In this document: in pieces, positions 15,104 through 27,093 of the stretch
Layout: every line of letters starts with the position of its first letter
Position numbering within the stretch: position 1 is the first letter of the stretch
Source of the DNA: Lama glama
Lineage: Eukaryota
Direction of reading: 5' to 3'
Assembly: GCA_028534125.1 (NCBI GenBank)
Contig: CM052816.1
Coordinates: forward strand, 5,830,001-5,894,000
Length of the DNA: 64,000 bases
Notes under the pieces: model-generated
The model's input: only the letters and a program-made list of their open reading frames with translations
The model's database searches: none
What the model was told of the DNA's origin: nothing
Program-made: the position numbers and the translations under genes

Positions 15104-15530
15104 ATGGTAGACGCTGTTGGTGTCCTGCTCATTTCCACTCCCCTTTAGACACTGATAATCCACTTTATTACTAGCAAATACCTATCACTTCATCCACGTG
15201 CAGGGTAAGGCAGATGCGCCAGGGGGTTCATACATCCAGAGCAGCTGTCAACCAATGACAATGGGTAGTTAGTGGATAAATACTCCAGAATCCTCTCCCC
15301 CAGGAGGGATAACCTTGAGGTATGTTCTACACCCAAGTCTAGGGCTCCCCTAATGAATGATGTTCTGTATCCCCCAGTGGTGTCTTGATTATGCATCTTT
15401 GTCAGCTGCCTGTTGTCCCTTCCCTACCTAACATCCCTGATTCCCTGCTGTTGTTTCTAGAATTAGCATCCAAAGAAGCTACTTGTACTTGAATCGTTCT
15501 GTTAAGACCTGCTTCTAGTAGAACCCAGTC
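15104..15530 (+). mobile_element. LTR16-like ERVL solo LTR nested in L2
   Basis: tggtagacgctgttggtg...tcaaccaatgac...gtggataaatactccag...ctacttgtacttgaatc...gacctgcttctagtagaaccc resembles LTR16C. Confidence 0.6.
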
Positions 15531-18500
15531 ACCCCCAACACCAAGTCCAGTCAGTTCCTTGTCAGCACTCTGTTTATCACCATTTGAGATGATCTTGTTT
15601 ACTCATTTGTTCCCTTGTCCTTTCTCTTTGCATTGGAATGTCAGCTCCATGAAGGAGGGAACTTTGTTTTGTTCACTGATGTGTCCTAGGACCCAGTACC
15701 TAGAACACTACCTGGCACAGAGTAGGTGCTCAGTACATACTTGTTGAGCGAATGAATAAAAGCTGAAGACTTTGCTCAAGCAAGAATGCTAATTAGCCAG
15801 AGAGAATATGCTTGGCAGGCAGTAGATGCCAGTGTATGATTTTAATTGGTTGAAAAGAGAAGGTTGTGTTGGAAATATATTTTGCGATTAACTTTTCCCA
15901 TAGCTACAGTTTACAGACTTTGACAGAGGTCTACTGATTTGCACAAAGGTTCTAGAAAGCTGTTAGTATTGATGAAGTCAGTTAGGTTCTTGTACCCAGT
16001 GTGCACTCCAAGACGTTCTGCTGCTTAAAAGCACAACCATCCCACCACTGGTTAACCGCTAATGCACAGCTGAGATATCTCACATAATTTTTAGAGATTT
16101 TAGCAAGAACATCTTGTTCATAAAATAACTATTGAGAGAGTAAAATGAAAGTGATCTCCTGCAGTCAGATTCTGTCGCTTGAAAATCTGTAACAAGCTCC
16201 CGGGCATTTTGTAGTAACTGCCCCCATCAGTGTAATGGGGGCCAAAGGAAATGGCAGAGTTTATTCAAACATAAATGCCACTCAACTCCATCAGCAGAAT
16301 GTCTGACTACAGGGTTGCTGGAGCCAAACCTCAGTTACATCTAATCAAACTGATGGGGCCTCCAACTGAACTCCTCAGCTCCCCCGAGAAGGGAGGCACA
16401 AAAAATGATAAAAAACAAGCTCTTATCTGTGCTGTTAGATAAAAGATGCAAAATAAGGGAATAACTTGGGATCAGTGTGCATTCGTCTAATAGAGGACAT
16501 CTTCCCCTCCCCTCCATGTAAGACTCATGCTGGAACGGTAATCTTGAATCTCCACAATGTGTTTACTCGCTAAGAAAAAAGTCTCCTAGAGTTACTAGAC
16601 TTGATTTCTCCATAATGCAAGAAAATGGACTTTTCCAACAGAGAAGAGTGCTCTTGACTAAGAAAGAGGAAATAAAGGTGTTAACTATTTGCCTACCAGT
16701 TAACTGGGAAATTCAACTCACCCACTCTATTCCCCTGAGCACATTAATTAAACAAAGTTTAATTAAATCATTCTCTAATTTTCTTTGCTATTTTATTAAA
16801 AAAACTTGGGGGGTAATATTTGGTGATTAGTACATTTGTCTCTATCTGCTTTATCTGTGCTATTAATTACAGAACATTGTACAAGGATGCAACATTGCTA
16901 ATTATATTCTATAAAAGGTTTAAACTATGAAATTTGATCTTCACCATTCTCTTTGAGTCATTTTGGCTGTTTTATGACATGCCTCCAAATACTGAGTCCC
17001 TTGCTTGGTACACTATGAGTAAAGAAAAAAAATAAAATGAATCCACAAGATGCTTCTATTCAGCATGAGAACTCAGGTCTCCTAAACCTGAATGCCTCCC
17101 ACTGTCCCTCCAGCTCTGTACCAGATGCTGCTCTTCACAAAGTGACTCTGTTTCTCATCTAAAATGGGACTTGGCGATGAGTGAGCTCTTGGAGCTGTTA
17201 GGTCAGGTTGCTGTGTTCCTGTCTGCTTCTTCAGCACCTCTATGGCATTTCACACCATCCCATGTGCTCTGATGAATAGGTGATGGGAGGAAATGCTCTG
17301 CCTACCATTTTCATTCAGGTGCACATGAGCTGGCTGGTATACTTCAGTCTCCTAGGATGGAAGGTCCTTCACCTGAGGGACCTGTCAGAACACCTTAGGG
17401 AGTTTTTGCATAATAGCCCTCCCTAATGATTGTCATTCAGTAGCCCTGGAGAGAAAACCAGATGTCTCTATTTTTACAAAGCTCGAATGCTTGTCGATTG
17501 AAAAGGTTTGATATATTATAAAGATACTCATTAGAATTCCAGGTAATAGTGTAACTAACAAACACTGAGGCCAGGATGTGGGAAATTGTATGAAGCGGGT
17601 CATCATGTTTTGAACTGGGGAGCTACACATGGGATTAAAGTTGATAAATCAAGAAAAAGGGACATAGACATATTATGTAGATGTGTCGAGGAAACTGCTA
17701 GAATCACCAAACACAGAAAAGGTTTAAAATAGTTATTTCTAAGAAATATGAGATTGGAGACAGCAGGCATTTGCCTTTTGTTTTATACCCTTCCATAATA
17801 ATTTTTTTCTTTTTTTAAACTATGTGAGTATTTTTTCTTTTTAGTACTATTAAAAAATACAAATAGATCATCAGATAATCCTAATGCAATTCCTTGGTTC
17901 GGAATCATCTGTTAGTCCCTGGAAAGTTGGGGAGGGAGTGGCAGTGGTGGAACAGGACAAGTCATTGCATTCATTGCATTTTTTTTACTGTGTGTTAAGG
18001 GAGCCCTGCTTAATTTGTTGTCTCTTGGTCTGGAATTAAAGAACATTGGTGCTATTAAATGCTCTACTGAAACACAGCTTCAGAAGCATTGCTCATAAGA
18101 ATAACAGAAATGACAGTGATGGCAAAACTGTCACTTCTTATGCGTTATATAACTTCATCTATACAGCCTTTTGAGAGTTAGGAAGTTGTTGTCATTTAAA
18201 ATTGAAAAGTGAAATAATCGGTCGACTGTCACCCTTAGATTTGTTAAACATTTCCCAAGCTCTTATCCTGAACCAGGCATTCTATTAAATGCTTTATATA
18301 CATAATCCTATTTAATCCCCCCGCCCCCCACCCTGAGAGGTGCACGTGGGCAGTAGGCATTGGGTGCTCATTTGCATAAATGAGTGCGCATCCATCCTAA
18401 TGTTACGTGTGAGCAACTATAGTTCAGAGACCTTTGGAAACTCCCCCGAGATCACCCAGCAGGCGTGGATTCAAACTGTGGTCCAGCCATCACATCTGTC

Positions 18501-18810
18501 TTCTTCCTCTGTGCATCACACTGCTTTGTCAGTGGAGAAGCGTATGAGCGTAGCTTCGGGATGGCATTTCCAGATGGCCTCAGACAAAGAGGGACAAAGC
18601 AGCTCCGACAGAGTGGCTACAGATACTAGCCTAGAACAAACGGCTCACTGCCAAAGAGGGGCCTTCCCATACAGCTTTCTGTGCTAAAGGAACATCTGTG
18701 GAAGAGTACACGAGGTTTCTCCTCTTGACACCAACCTACCTAAGGCTGATCAGATGTTTCTCAAGCTTCTGACTTATGTCTGTTAGTGCCCACCTACCCC
18801 ACATTTATAC

Positions 18811-19148
18811 CAGGAGTCAGCAATTTTTTTAAGGGTTAGATTGTGACTGTTTTAGGCTTTGTGGGCCATGAGGTTTCTGTTGTAACTATTCAGTGCTGCC
18901 ATTACAGTATGAAAGCAGCTAGAGACAATAGGAAAGGAACGAGCATGGTTGTGTTCCCCCCAAAATTTATTCATGGACACTGAATCTTAGATTCCATGTA
19001 ATTTTCACACTTCATGAAATACCAATTTTCTTTTCATTTTTTGGAATAATTTTAAAATGTAAAAACCGCTCTTTGCTCATGAGCCAAACAAAGTCAGGTG
19101 GCGGTTGGATTTAACCCACGGGCCATAGTTGACATTTACTGATGCCTG
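18811..19148. mobile_element. MER58B-like hAT-Charlie element
   Basis: caggagtcagcaa...ttttaggctttgtgggccat...atggacactgaa...ggatttaacccacgggccatagtt; about 340 bp. Confidence 0.8.
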
Positions 19149-20129
19149 ACGCAAAGATGCTGGAAATCAGATCAAACCCTTCATTGTCCAGAGGAGGGAG
19201 GCATGGCCTCAAGTTGTGTTGCTGGTTGCAGATTTAGCCAGGATTAGGATCTGTACTCATTGTAGGAAGTAATGCCATGCTGACCAGTCGTTGGAATAGC
19301 ATGACTGGGAGAAAAAGTGCTCAGTTAAGTAAACTAGTTAATATAGTCATTCCTTCTGTCATAAGTCTATTACGATTTCCCCAGGATTAGAATGAAAAGG
19401 CGTTTCAGGTAATTATGATATCCTAAAGAGATGTTTAATACCATAACTACATTAGACATGCTTTCATGTTGCAGTAAAGATTTAGAAAATGCTTTAAGGA
19501 TCATGAGGAGGCTCTGGGCTATCATTATGACTATTAATTATCATTGTGCCTGGAAACAAAAGAGCTTGATTACATGTTAACTCCTGGTTATTTAACCTCT
19601 CTGAGGCTTAGGTCTCTGGTCTTCAAGATGCAGATAAAACAGTACCTACAGCACAGAAGTCATGTAAGATTTAGAAGAATACATCCAAGCACACAGAGTA
19701 AGTACTTAATGAATGTTAGCTGTTATTGTCCTCACATTCACCATCATCATTATCACTGGGTCAGAAGAGGGTGATGTTGTGAGCACTGCTTCAATATCAG
19801 GCACTGGGTCAGGCAAGACACCTGAGTGAACAGGAGGCAGGTGCACAGAAACACAGCTTTTAAAGGATGAAAAGCTTTATCTTCAAAGCCAGATTTCATT
19901 TCTCTCCGGGATCCTTTCAAGGGGTCACATACAAGCTGTTCAGCCCTTATCATCCTGTTTATGCAAACACTATGCCCATTAGAAGGAAGAAGGAACAGCT
20001 AGCATTGTTAAGGGAAAGGAGTGAGGGTGAAGTTTTATAAAACAAGCCCTGGAATGCGGGAAAGAGCACTCCTTCGGTATCGTCTCCTTGAGGTCTAGGA
20101 GAGTTAAGGTTAGAACAGATTGAAGAACG

Positions 20130-20455
20130 TGCACTTTATACTCTGAGTGGTGCAAGTTGAACATGCCAAGTTTCCCCAAATTGTCAGATAAAGTCTTAGA
20201 TGACAGCTCCACAGGGAGGACAGTTACAGGGAAGTACGGATTGAAAAGTCTTGTTACATTAGAAATGCTTGAAAAAAGTGGGGACTATCAACCTGAAAAA
20301 TAATGGAAGACTAAGTGGGGACGTGAAGGATGTATTCGAATCCCAGAAGGGCTGTCTTCAGGTAGAGGTGGAAGATTTGTTCTCTGTGGTTCTAGATGGT
20401 AGGCCAGAACCAACAAGTGGACAGAAGTCAGGGGAGGCAGGCTTTGACTCAAATG
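20130..20455 (+). mobile_element. L3/CR1 LINE fossil, C-terminal ORF2 region
   Basis: ORF-track peptide KKVGTINLKNNGRLSGDVKDVFESQKGCLQVEVEDLFSVVLDGRP resembles the CR1 motif [40 protein letters not shown]. Confidence 0.7.
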
Positions 20456-21379
20456 ATAATGACTGCAGCAGCCACAGTGCCTCGGGTGTATCAGAGCTGT
20501 TCTATATAGCACGCACTGGGCTGAGACCTTTGTCTGATCTCACTTAATCCTCATCACTATCCTGTGAAGCAGGTAGTTTTCTATTTCCAAATTGCAAATG
20601 GGAAAACTGAGTCTTAAATGGATGGAATAACTTTTAGTCGGCGTATCACAGCTAGTGAGGGGCAGAGACCATAGTCGTCGCCAGTGACAAGACTCTGGGC
20701 TTGTCTGCTAACCACTGTGCCTTCTGCCTCCTCACCACTGGTCCCATCAAGCTGATTTACTTATCTCCTGTCTTGCAATGAAGCCCTTGGGATGCTGTGC
20801 ATCTTAATACAAAGAAGGGATTAGTGGGTTTCTAGGAGACCAGGGCATTCGTCTTTAGCTCCTTTAATGTGTGCTTGTACTTGGAATGTGAAACACAAAG
20901 CTCTTTCTTTCTCTCTCTCACAAACTTCTCCTGGCTTCCTCTCAGACTGCAGTCTTGCCACCCATCTGCCCTAGACCTAGAAAACCCTGGGATCCTGTAG
21001 GGCAGGAGCCTCGGTCCCCCCGGTATCTGCCGCATGGTACGTGGAACAGGCTGATGGCTTAATTCATGCCAGGGAATGAAGGGATGGACAACAAATGTCT
21101 CTGCTCACCCTTTTCATGGTTTTCTTATAAGCTTCCATCCTGTCACCTCTCAGCCTCTCGGCATTCTCTCAGCATGTGGACCTGAGAGGTCTTGTTATTG
21201 ATTTGTTTGTGTAGTATATTCTGAACTGGATGCTAGGTGAGAAGTGTCAGGGAAAGAGTTTTAAGGATTACCGCATAGTTCTGCCCTGTCTTTGAACGTC
21301 ATCACCTGTATATCCTTGTGCAATGGTCTCACCCTCTCTGGGCCCTAGAATATTGATCTGCAAAGTGGGGACACTGGCT

Positions 21380-21590
21380 CAGTCTTTCAAATTGTTGCCC
21401 CAGGTTGTAGGTGTTTCAGAGGCTACCATGCTGAATTAGAGGGAAGGCAGAAGGATGAGGTCCTACATCCGCACCCTCCCTCGTCCAACAAAGCAGCTCT
21501 GCTTTTTATCTGTTTTACTTACTGGGGTTCTCCTCCAGATTCCATTTGAAAATAGAGCTTTAAACTAAAAAGTCTGGAAACTTCTGAGCT
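21380..21590. mobile_element. hAT-Charlie MER fossil (MER112-like)
   Basis: agcagctctgctttttatctgtttta...atttgaaaatagag...aaaaagtctggaaacttctg. Confidence 0.5.
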
Positions 21591-22929
21591 GGTTGATTTC
21601 TTTCTTAAGGGCTTTTCCAGCTTTGATCTACAATTCTGTGATCACACAGGTGTGTGCACATGAATATGGATATACATGAGTTCATGGAATATTCCCAGGC
21701 TGAGGACTTAGTTGTGTCCTCAGATAACCATGTCTCTGCATAAGGTCTTCAGATTTTCCTGTTTTAGCCACTTTAACCAACCGAAATTTGAATGTGTCCT
21801 CACCTGATATAATCCCCCTAACATGGGCTTATCTGGTTCCCGCCCAGTCAATAAAACATTGTAGCTGAGCTTAAACCAGCACAAACACCATTTGCATGGG
21901 GAAAAAAGCACTAGTGTTAACTCCAATTTAAGTACATTTGAAGCCAGGGACGCAGGCACCTGTACACTTGGGTATCTGCAAACACTAAAACAGATATATA
22001 CTGCAAATAGGTGTCCACTGTTGACAGATCACTGTAAAATGCCATTAGGGTCTCACAAACTAAGTTTTCCCAGTCCAGGGGCTTAGGATAAAATGCTGGC
22101 ACTTTGTGGCAGAAGGTTAGGGGCCCCCAGACTGGGCTGTCAGTGATGAGCGAAGAAGTGTGTTATCTGGCCTGGGACTGGTTGGTCTTCCAGAGCCTCT
22201 CTTCATCTTAGCTGTCATTGGCTGCATTCAGGGTTGACAACTGGCTGGGGCCACTTCGGAGCAAGAGCTGAAGGTCAGTTCAAAGTTCAGCCTAATGTGG
22301 GGTGAGCTGTCAGGGCTGGAGTTCCCGGCAGACTTGAAACCAGCAATATCTTCCTTTCACATGATCAAAACCTTCCTGTCCAGGGCGGGTCAGGCTATAT
22401 AGCAAGTCCACTTTTTGATGAAATGCCATCCTTAAACATTCTCAGGGGACCACGTAGAGTAAGCACCCAATGAATGCTTGGTGAAAAATGAATGAAAGTC
22501 CAAACATTTGATATATATGAAACCTACTAGGAATGAGGGAAGGAATATTCTAGTTATTTATCCTTTCATTTGTTCGTTCATTCAATCATTCATTCATTCA
22601 TCTGTGAGTATCTAATATTGCCAAGCACATTCTACCCAAAGGGATGCAGCAGAGAATAAGATAGACTTGGTCCTTGTTTTCAAGTGACTTAAGGTTTCAT
22701 GAGAAAGGCTGATATTACCCATGTGATTACAGAGCAAATGAAGTAGAGCAAAACCTGACCCTGGAACTCAGGGGAGGCTTCCTAGTGGAAGCAATGAAGC
22801 CTAAAAGAAGAGGAGGCTTTGGTTGGGTGAAGAGTGCAGGGCAGAACCCTCGAATCAGAAAGCACACATGCTTCTAGGCTCAGAGTCGGAGTGACAGAAG
22901 GCGGTGAATCAGAGGAAATGCATGTGTAC

Positions 22930-23130
22930 ATCAGCTTGGATTCACATCTCAGCTCTGCCACCGCCTAGGGTGTGAGTGCAGGCAAGCTACTCAACCATTC
23001 TGTCCCTCGGCATCCTTCACTGCAGAATAAGAATCATTGCAGTGTCTATCTCTTGAGGCTGTTGTGAGGATTAACTACATGAATATATGTCAAATTCTTA
23101 TAACAGTGCCTGGCACATAGTAAGTAATCA
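22930..23130 (+). mobile_element. MIR SINE (example; many more MIR fragments, e.g. ~4660-4820, 7830-8050, 25980-26220, 27270-27500, 40110-40400, 63220-63430)
   Basis: MIR core and tail: cagctctgccac...ggcaagctactcaacc...ggctgttgtgaggattaa...aacagtgcctggcacatagtaagt. Confidence 0.8.
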
Positions 23131-24554
23131 CCTAGCATACTCCAGAGTCTCTTAGTTTGCTTTTCTGTCTTAAAAAGAGGGACAAGTAAGGAAGTGAGGA
23201 CTGAACCCTTCTAGTTACACATTACCCCAACCTTCTGTCAAAATGGGTGCTGAGGGGTCTGTCCCTCCTGCTTCTAAGCAGGTGGTGACATGGGGCATCC
23301 ATGCTCTGGAAGAACAATTGCAGCCACCGGCTTGGACATCTGAAAAAGTCCTCTGACTCAGCATGGAAAGGGCTGTTCTAGGTCAGCCAAGGTGTACAGG
23401 GTTCGCAAGAGTAAAAGAAGTAAACACTGAGTGCTTGAGATGAATGGAGCGGCTTCTCCCTTATGAGGAAGGGGGTCGATGTGGCTTCAAGAATTTTATT
23501 TTGGTACCTCTGGACTGCAGAGAGAGGCAAGAAAACTAAAACCGTAAGTTGCATTTCTGGAAAGGTCCTTTTGATAATTTATTCCTTTTGAAAACATTGT
23601 ACCAAACCTTGAACAAACTGAGACCCTCAAAAGAGTATAATTTTTTTGCAAAGGATAATGAATCAGTGGCAGAGTTAGGATGAGACCCCAGGCTTCTGTT
23701 GCACTCATTGTTCTAAAACTGAACATAAATTAACTCATTTTATCTTTACCTTGTGAGTTGTGTATTAATATTCCTACCTACAGATAAGAAGACTGAGTTA
23801 AAGACAGGTGAAGTGACTTGTCCAGGGTCACACAGCTAGTAAGTGGCTGAGCCAAAATTCAATCCCAGGAAGTTTCAGAAGAAAATGAATTTATTTCTCA
23901 GCTTTCTCAGTTATACTGTCAGGCTGGAGAATTGCAAAGCTTTCCTTGATTTGGTCAGTGTGGCCCCATGGACCACAAATATAGTCTTTGGAATTAGAGA
24001 GGTTTGAGTTCAAATTCCAGTTTTAGTCATAGGAACTTGAAAAAGTTTCTTCAGTAAGTGGCACCTCCTTTTTCTCACTCACAAAATGGGAATATAATCT
24101 CACCTTTCCTGGAGGGATTCAGAAACTCTCAGCATTTACTAGAGTGGATTATAGTAGAGCATGGAGTGTGAATGCAAAGAGTAACACAGACTCGACCTTG
24201 CCTGATGGGATGGTTGGACCACCTGGGAAGTGAGCATCCTTTAGCAAATAGGACTTGGCTTTCTACCCACCCACTTCCTCTTCCCTTCCAGAGGCTCTCT
24301 GCAGTGTCAGCTCTGGTGATCATAAATTAGCCACGTGTTCTGCCTGTTACAGAAGAGTGAGGTGAAAGCAGAGGGGGAGAGGGAGAGCTGTATGTCGGAG
24401 GGAGGAGTGGAAACTGGAATGGACTCACTTCATCAGTGAAGAGGGCCCCGGGGAGGGGAAGGGGAGTGCTTCTGAGCCTCTCTGTCTGTCTCCTGTCTCT
24501 GTCTGTTTCTTTGTCTTGGATTCACATCTCAGCTCTGCTACTGCATAGCTGTGT

Positions 24555-24582
<28 letters not shown>
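24555..24582. repeat. (CA)14 microsatellite, (UG)14 in the pre-mRNA
   Basis: 28 nt of perfect AC repeat. Confidence 0.97.
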
Positions 24583-24585
<3 letters not shown>

Positions 24586-25384
24586 GGTGGGAGGCCACAA
24601 AGGGACAAAAGAAGAAACAAGGAACAGAGCAAAGGATTGCTCCAAATCCCAGCCCAGCTCTCCTGTTTAACTTCTGAGTGACTTCAAGCAGGTCATGTCC
24701 CTTCTCTGGGCGTCGAGAGCCCGTTTTGCAGAATGAGGGAGAGGCTGGATGAGATGAGTTCTGGGGACCCCTCAGCTCCAGCTCCACTGGACTCTTCAAA
24801 GGCACACTCTTCACAGGAGCTCTGGCCGCACAGATGCACCATCATGATCTTTCTGGGAACTTGCAGCCTCCCGAGGCCTCTTGAGCCTCAGACCACCATG
24901 CTCTGGCAGTTTGAGTGGCCGTTTATGGGACTTGTGTTACCATCACACGCTGTGATCTTTCCCTGGCATTCTTTTAAAACTTTATTTCCATGTTCCAATC
25001 TACCTTGAAGACAAAGCCAAGTTGCTCCCAGGGCAAAAGTCAAGCTGCGTTCTTCTTTGTGCTTCTGGTATGAGCCCAGTGCAGTGGCAGGCACGCGGGT
25101 ATACTTGGTCCACACTTAATGTTCATTCGGTTGGCTGTTAGAACCATCCTGTGAGAAGGTGCTGAGGGAACCAGGAGGCGTCCAAGCTGGAGGAGCCAAA
25201 TGCCAAGGGCAAGCAGGGTAGTCGGTTCTGCACACACAAAGGCTGCTTTGTGGAGGGAGGGCAGCAGACTTGCTCTGCAAGGTTCCCAAGAGGGCAGGTG
25301 GAGCCAGCAGTGAGGAGAGGGTAACACAGGGCAGGCTGGGCCCCATTCAAGGAAGATGGTGGAACCTGTCAGAGCCCTTTGAGA

Positions 25385-25530
25385 AGAGAAAGGGCTGCCT
25401 CAGAGGAACAAGTTCCCCATCACTGGGTATTGTTTGAGCAGGAACCAGATGGATGGGCTTCTGCTAGCAATGTTGTAGAGGAGATCTGGCCCTTTATGGG
25501 AAGTAGGTTAGATGCCCTCTGAGGCCCATC
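25385..25530 (+). mobile_element. L3/CR1 3' end fossil
   Basis: gggctgcctcagagg...ttccccatcactgg...atgttgtagagg...aggttagatgccctctgaggccc matches the L3 3' terminus. Confidence 0.6.
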
Positions 25531-26596
25531 TCTGCCTCCTCATTTGCATATTCATAGCTGTATTCATATTCCCATTATCTCTGTTTTATTATTCTTTTTG
25601 CACAGACACAAGGAATTTGCCTTTAAATGCATGTGATAAGTGGGTACCAACATTGTTTCTTTCCCAAGAAGTCATTTCATTCACTCACTCACTCTCTCAC
25701 TCAGTGACTTTTGAAAGAACACCGTTACATGCACCTCACTTTGTCTGGTGAACTGGGAGTTCATCGGTGAGAAAGGCAGACACAGTCCTTCCTCCAGGAG
25801 CTTATCGACAACAGGGAGGAAGGCATTATGCAACTGGGTATTATTTGTGGAAGAGATTTAGTCTGGGAAGAGGTTGAGGGACCTCAAGGATAGTATCTTG
25901 TCCCCAGATATTAAGTGTCTTCTTTCCCTGTTAATAATAACAACGATGATGGTGATGGCTGTGATTAATATGGTGGTAATTACTAACATTTACTGAGTGC
26001 TGATTTGGGGCCAAATACTACTCTGAGCTCTTTTTAAAGTATTATTTCACTTAATTCACTTGAGAGCCCATGAGGTGGTAAACGATATCACATTCTTTTT
26101 TCCACAGATGAGGCAATAAAAGCTCAGAGAGGGTAGATAACTTCTGATATCACACAGCTACTGAGTATAAAGCCAGAATTCAAACCTAGGTCTGTCTGAC
26201 CCCAGAGCCACCCTTACCAACTACTACAGCACCTCCCTAATAAAGAAACCATGCAGAAACCAAACGTGGCTGGGTTGGGTCCTGAGGGGCCGTGTGTGGA
26301 AGGAGGGCAAGCTCAGACTTACAGAAGGTGTAGACAGATCTCTCACCACTGGTGAGCAAGGAGCCTAAAGAGCAGTTTCTTCTCAGGACTGATATAGCAG
26401 AGGGGCAGCAGCATGGAGCTGGGGGCTTGATGAGCTGTGCACGGACCAGAACTTCCAACTCTATAACATTTCACAGGAGGCAGTCTGCAACCAGATGGTG
26501 GACATAGCTGACCACCCTGGTCCCCAAATACCCTGGTAAGACCTGAGATGACCTGACCTCTATCTCTTCCTCAGCTACCTTATGCAGTAGAAATTA

Positions 26597-27093
26597 CAGC
26601 TGTCCCTTGGTATCCACAAGGAACTGGTTCCAGGAACTCCCGCAGATACCAAAATCTGCGGATGCTCAAGTTCCTTTTATAAAATGAAGCAGTATTTGCA
26701 TATAACGTATGCACATCCTCTGTATACTTTGTCATCTCTAGATTACTTATAATACTTGATAAAATGCAGATGCTATGCCAATAGCTATAAATACAAACAA
26801 ATGCTATGTGAGTAGTTGCTGGTGTGTGGCAGATTCACGTTTTGCTTTTGGGAACTTTCTGGATTTTTAAAAATTTTTTATTTTTTGGAGGGGAGGGTAA
26901 TTAGGTTTATTTATTTGTTATTATTATTTTTAATGAAGGTACTGGGGATTGAACCCAGGACTCCATGCATGCGAAACATGTGCTCTACCACTAAGCTATA
27001 CCCTCCCCACTGGATTTTCTTTTTCTAAATCTTTTTGACCTGTGGTTGGTTGCATCTGTGGATGTGGAACCCACAGATACGGAGGGCCAACTG
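26597..27093 (-). mobile_element. Tigger3a/MER2-family (TcMar-Tigger) element, complete, interrupted by a SINE
   Basis: TA|cagctgtcccttggtatcc ... gatacggagggccaactg|TA: terminal inverted repeats, TA target duplication and the characteristic internal sequence. Confidence 0.85.
26868..27008 (-). mobile_element. Vic-1-like camelid tRNA-Ala-derived SINE
   Basis: Minus strand GGGGAGGGTATAGCTTAGTGGTAGAGCACATG...GGGTTCAATCCCCAGTACC followed by an A-rich tail. A and B boxes present; target duplication ctggatttt at 26859-26867 and 27010-27018. Confidence 0.85.

Noticed and set aside
17230..17250. REST/RE1 site (TTCAGCACC)
   Set aside because: Only the left half-site; no GGACAG half follows. Similar isolated half-sites near 7060 and 12130.
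26935..27008. tRNA-Ala gene (also 28300-28375)
   Set aside because: The tRNA-like heads run into SINE tails with TSDs, so they are SINEs, not tRNA genes.
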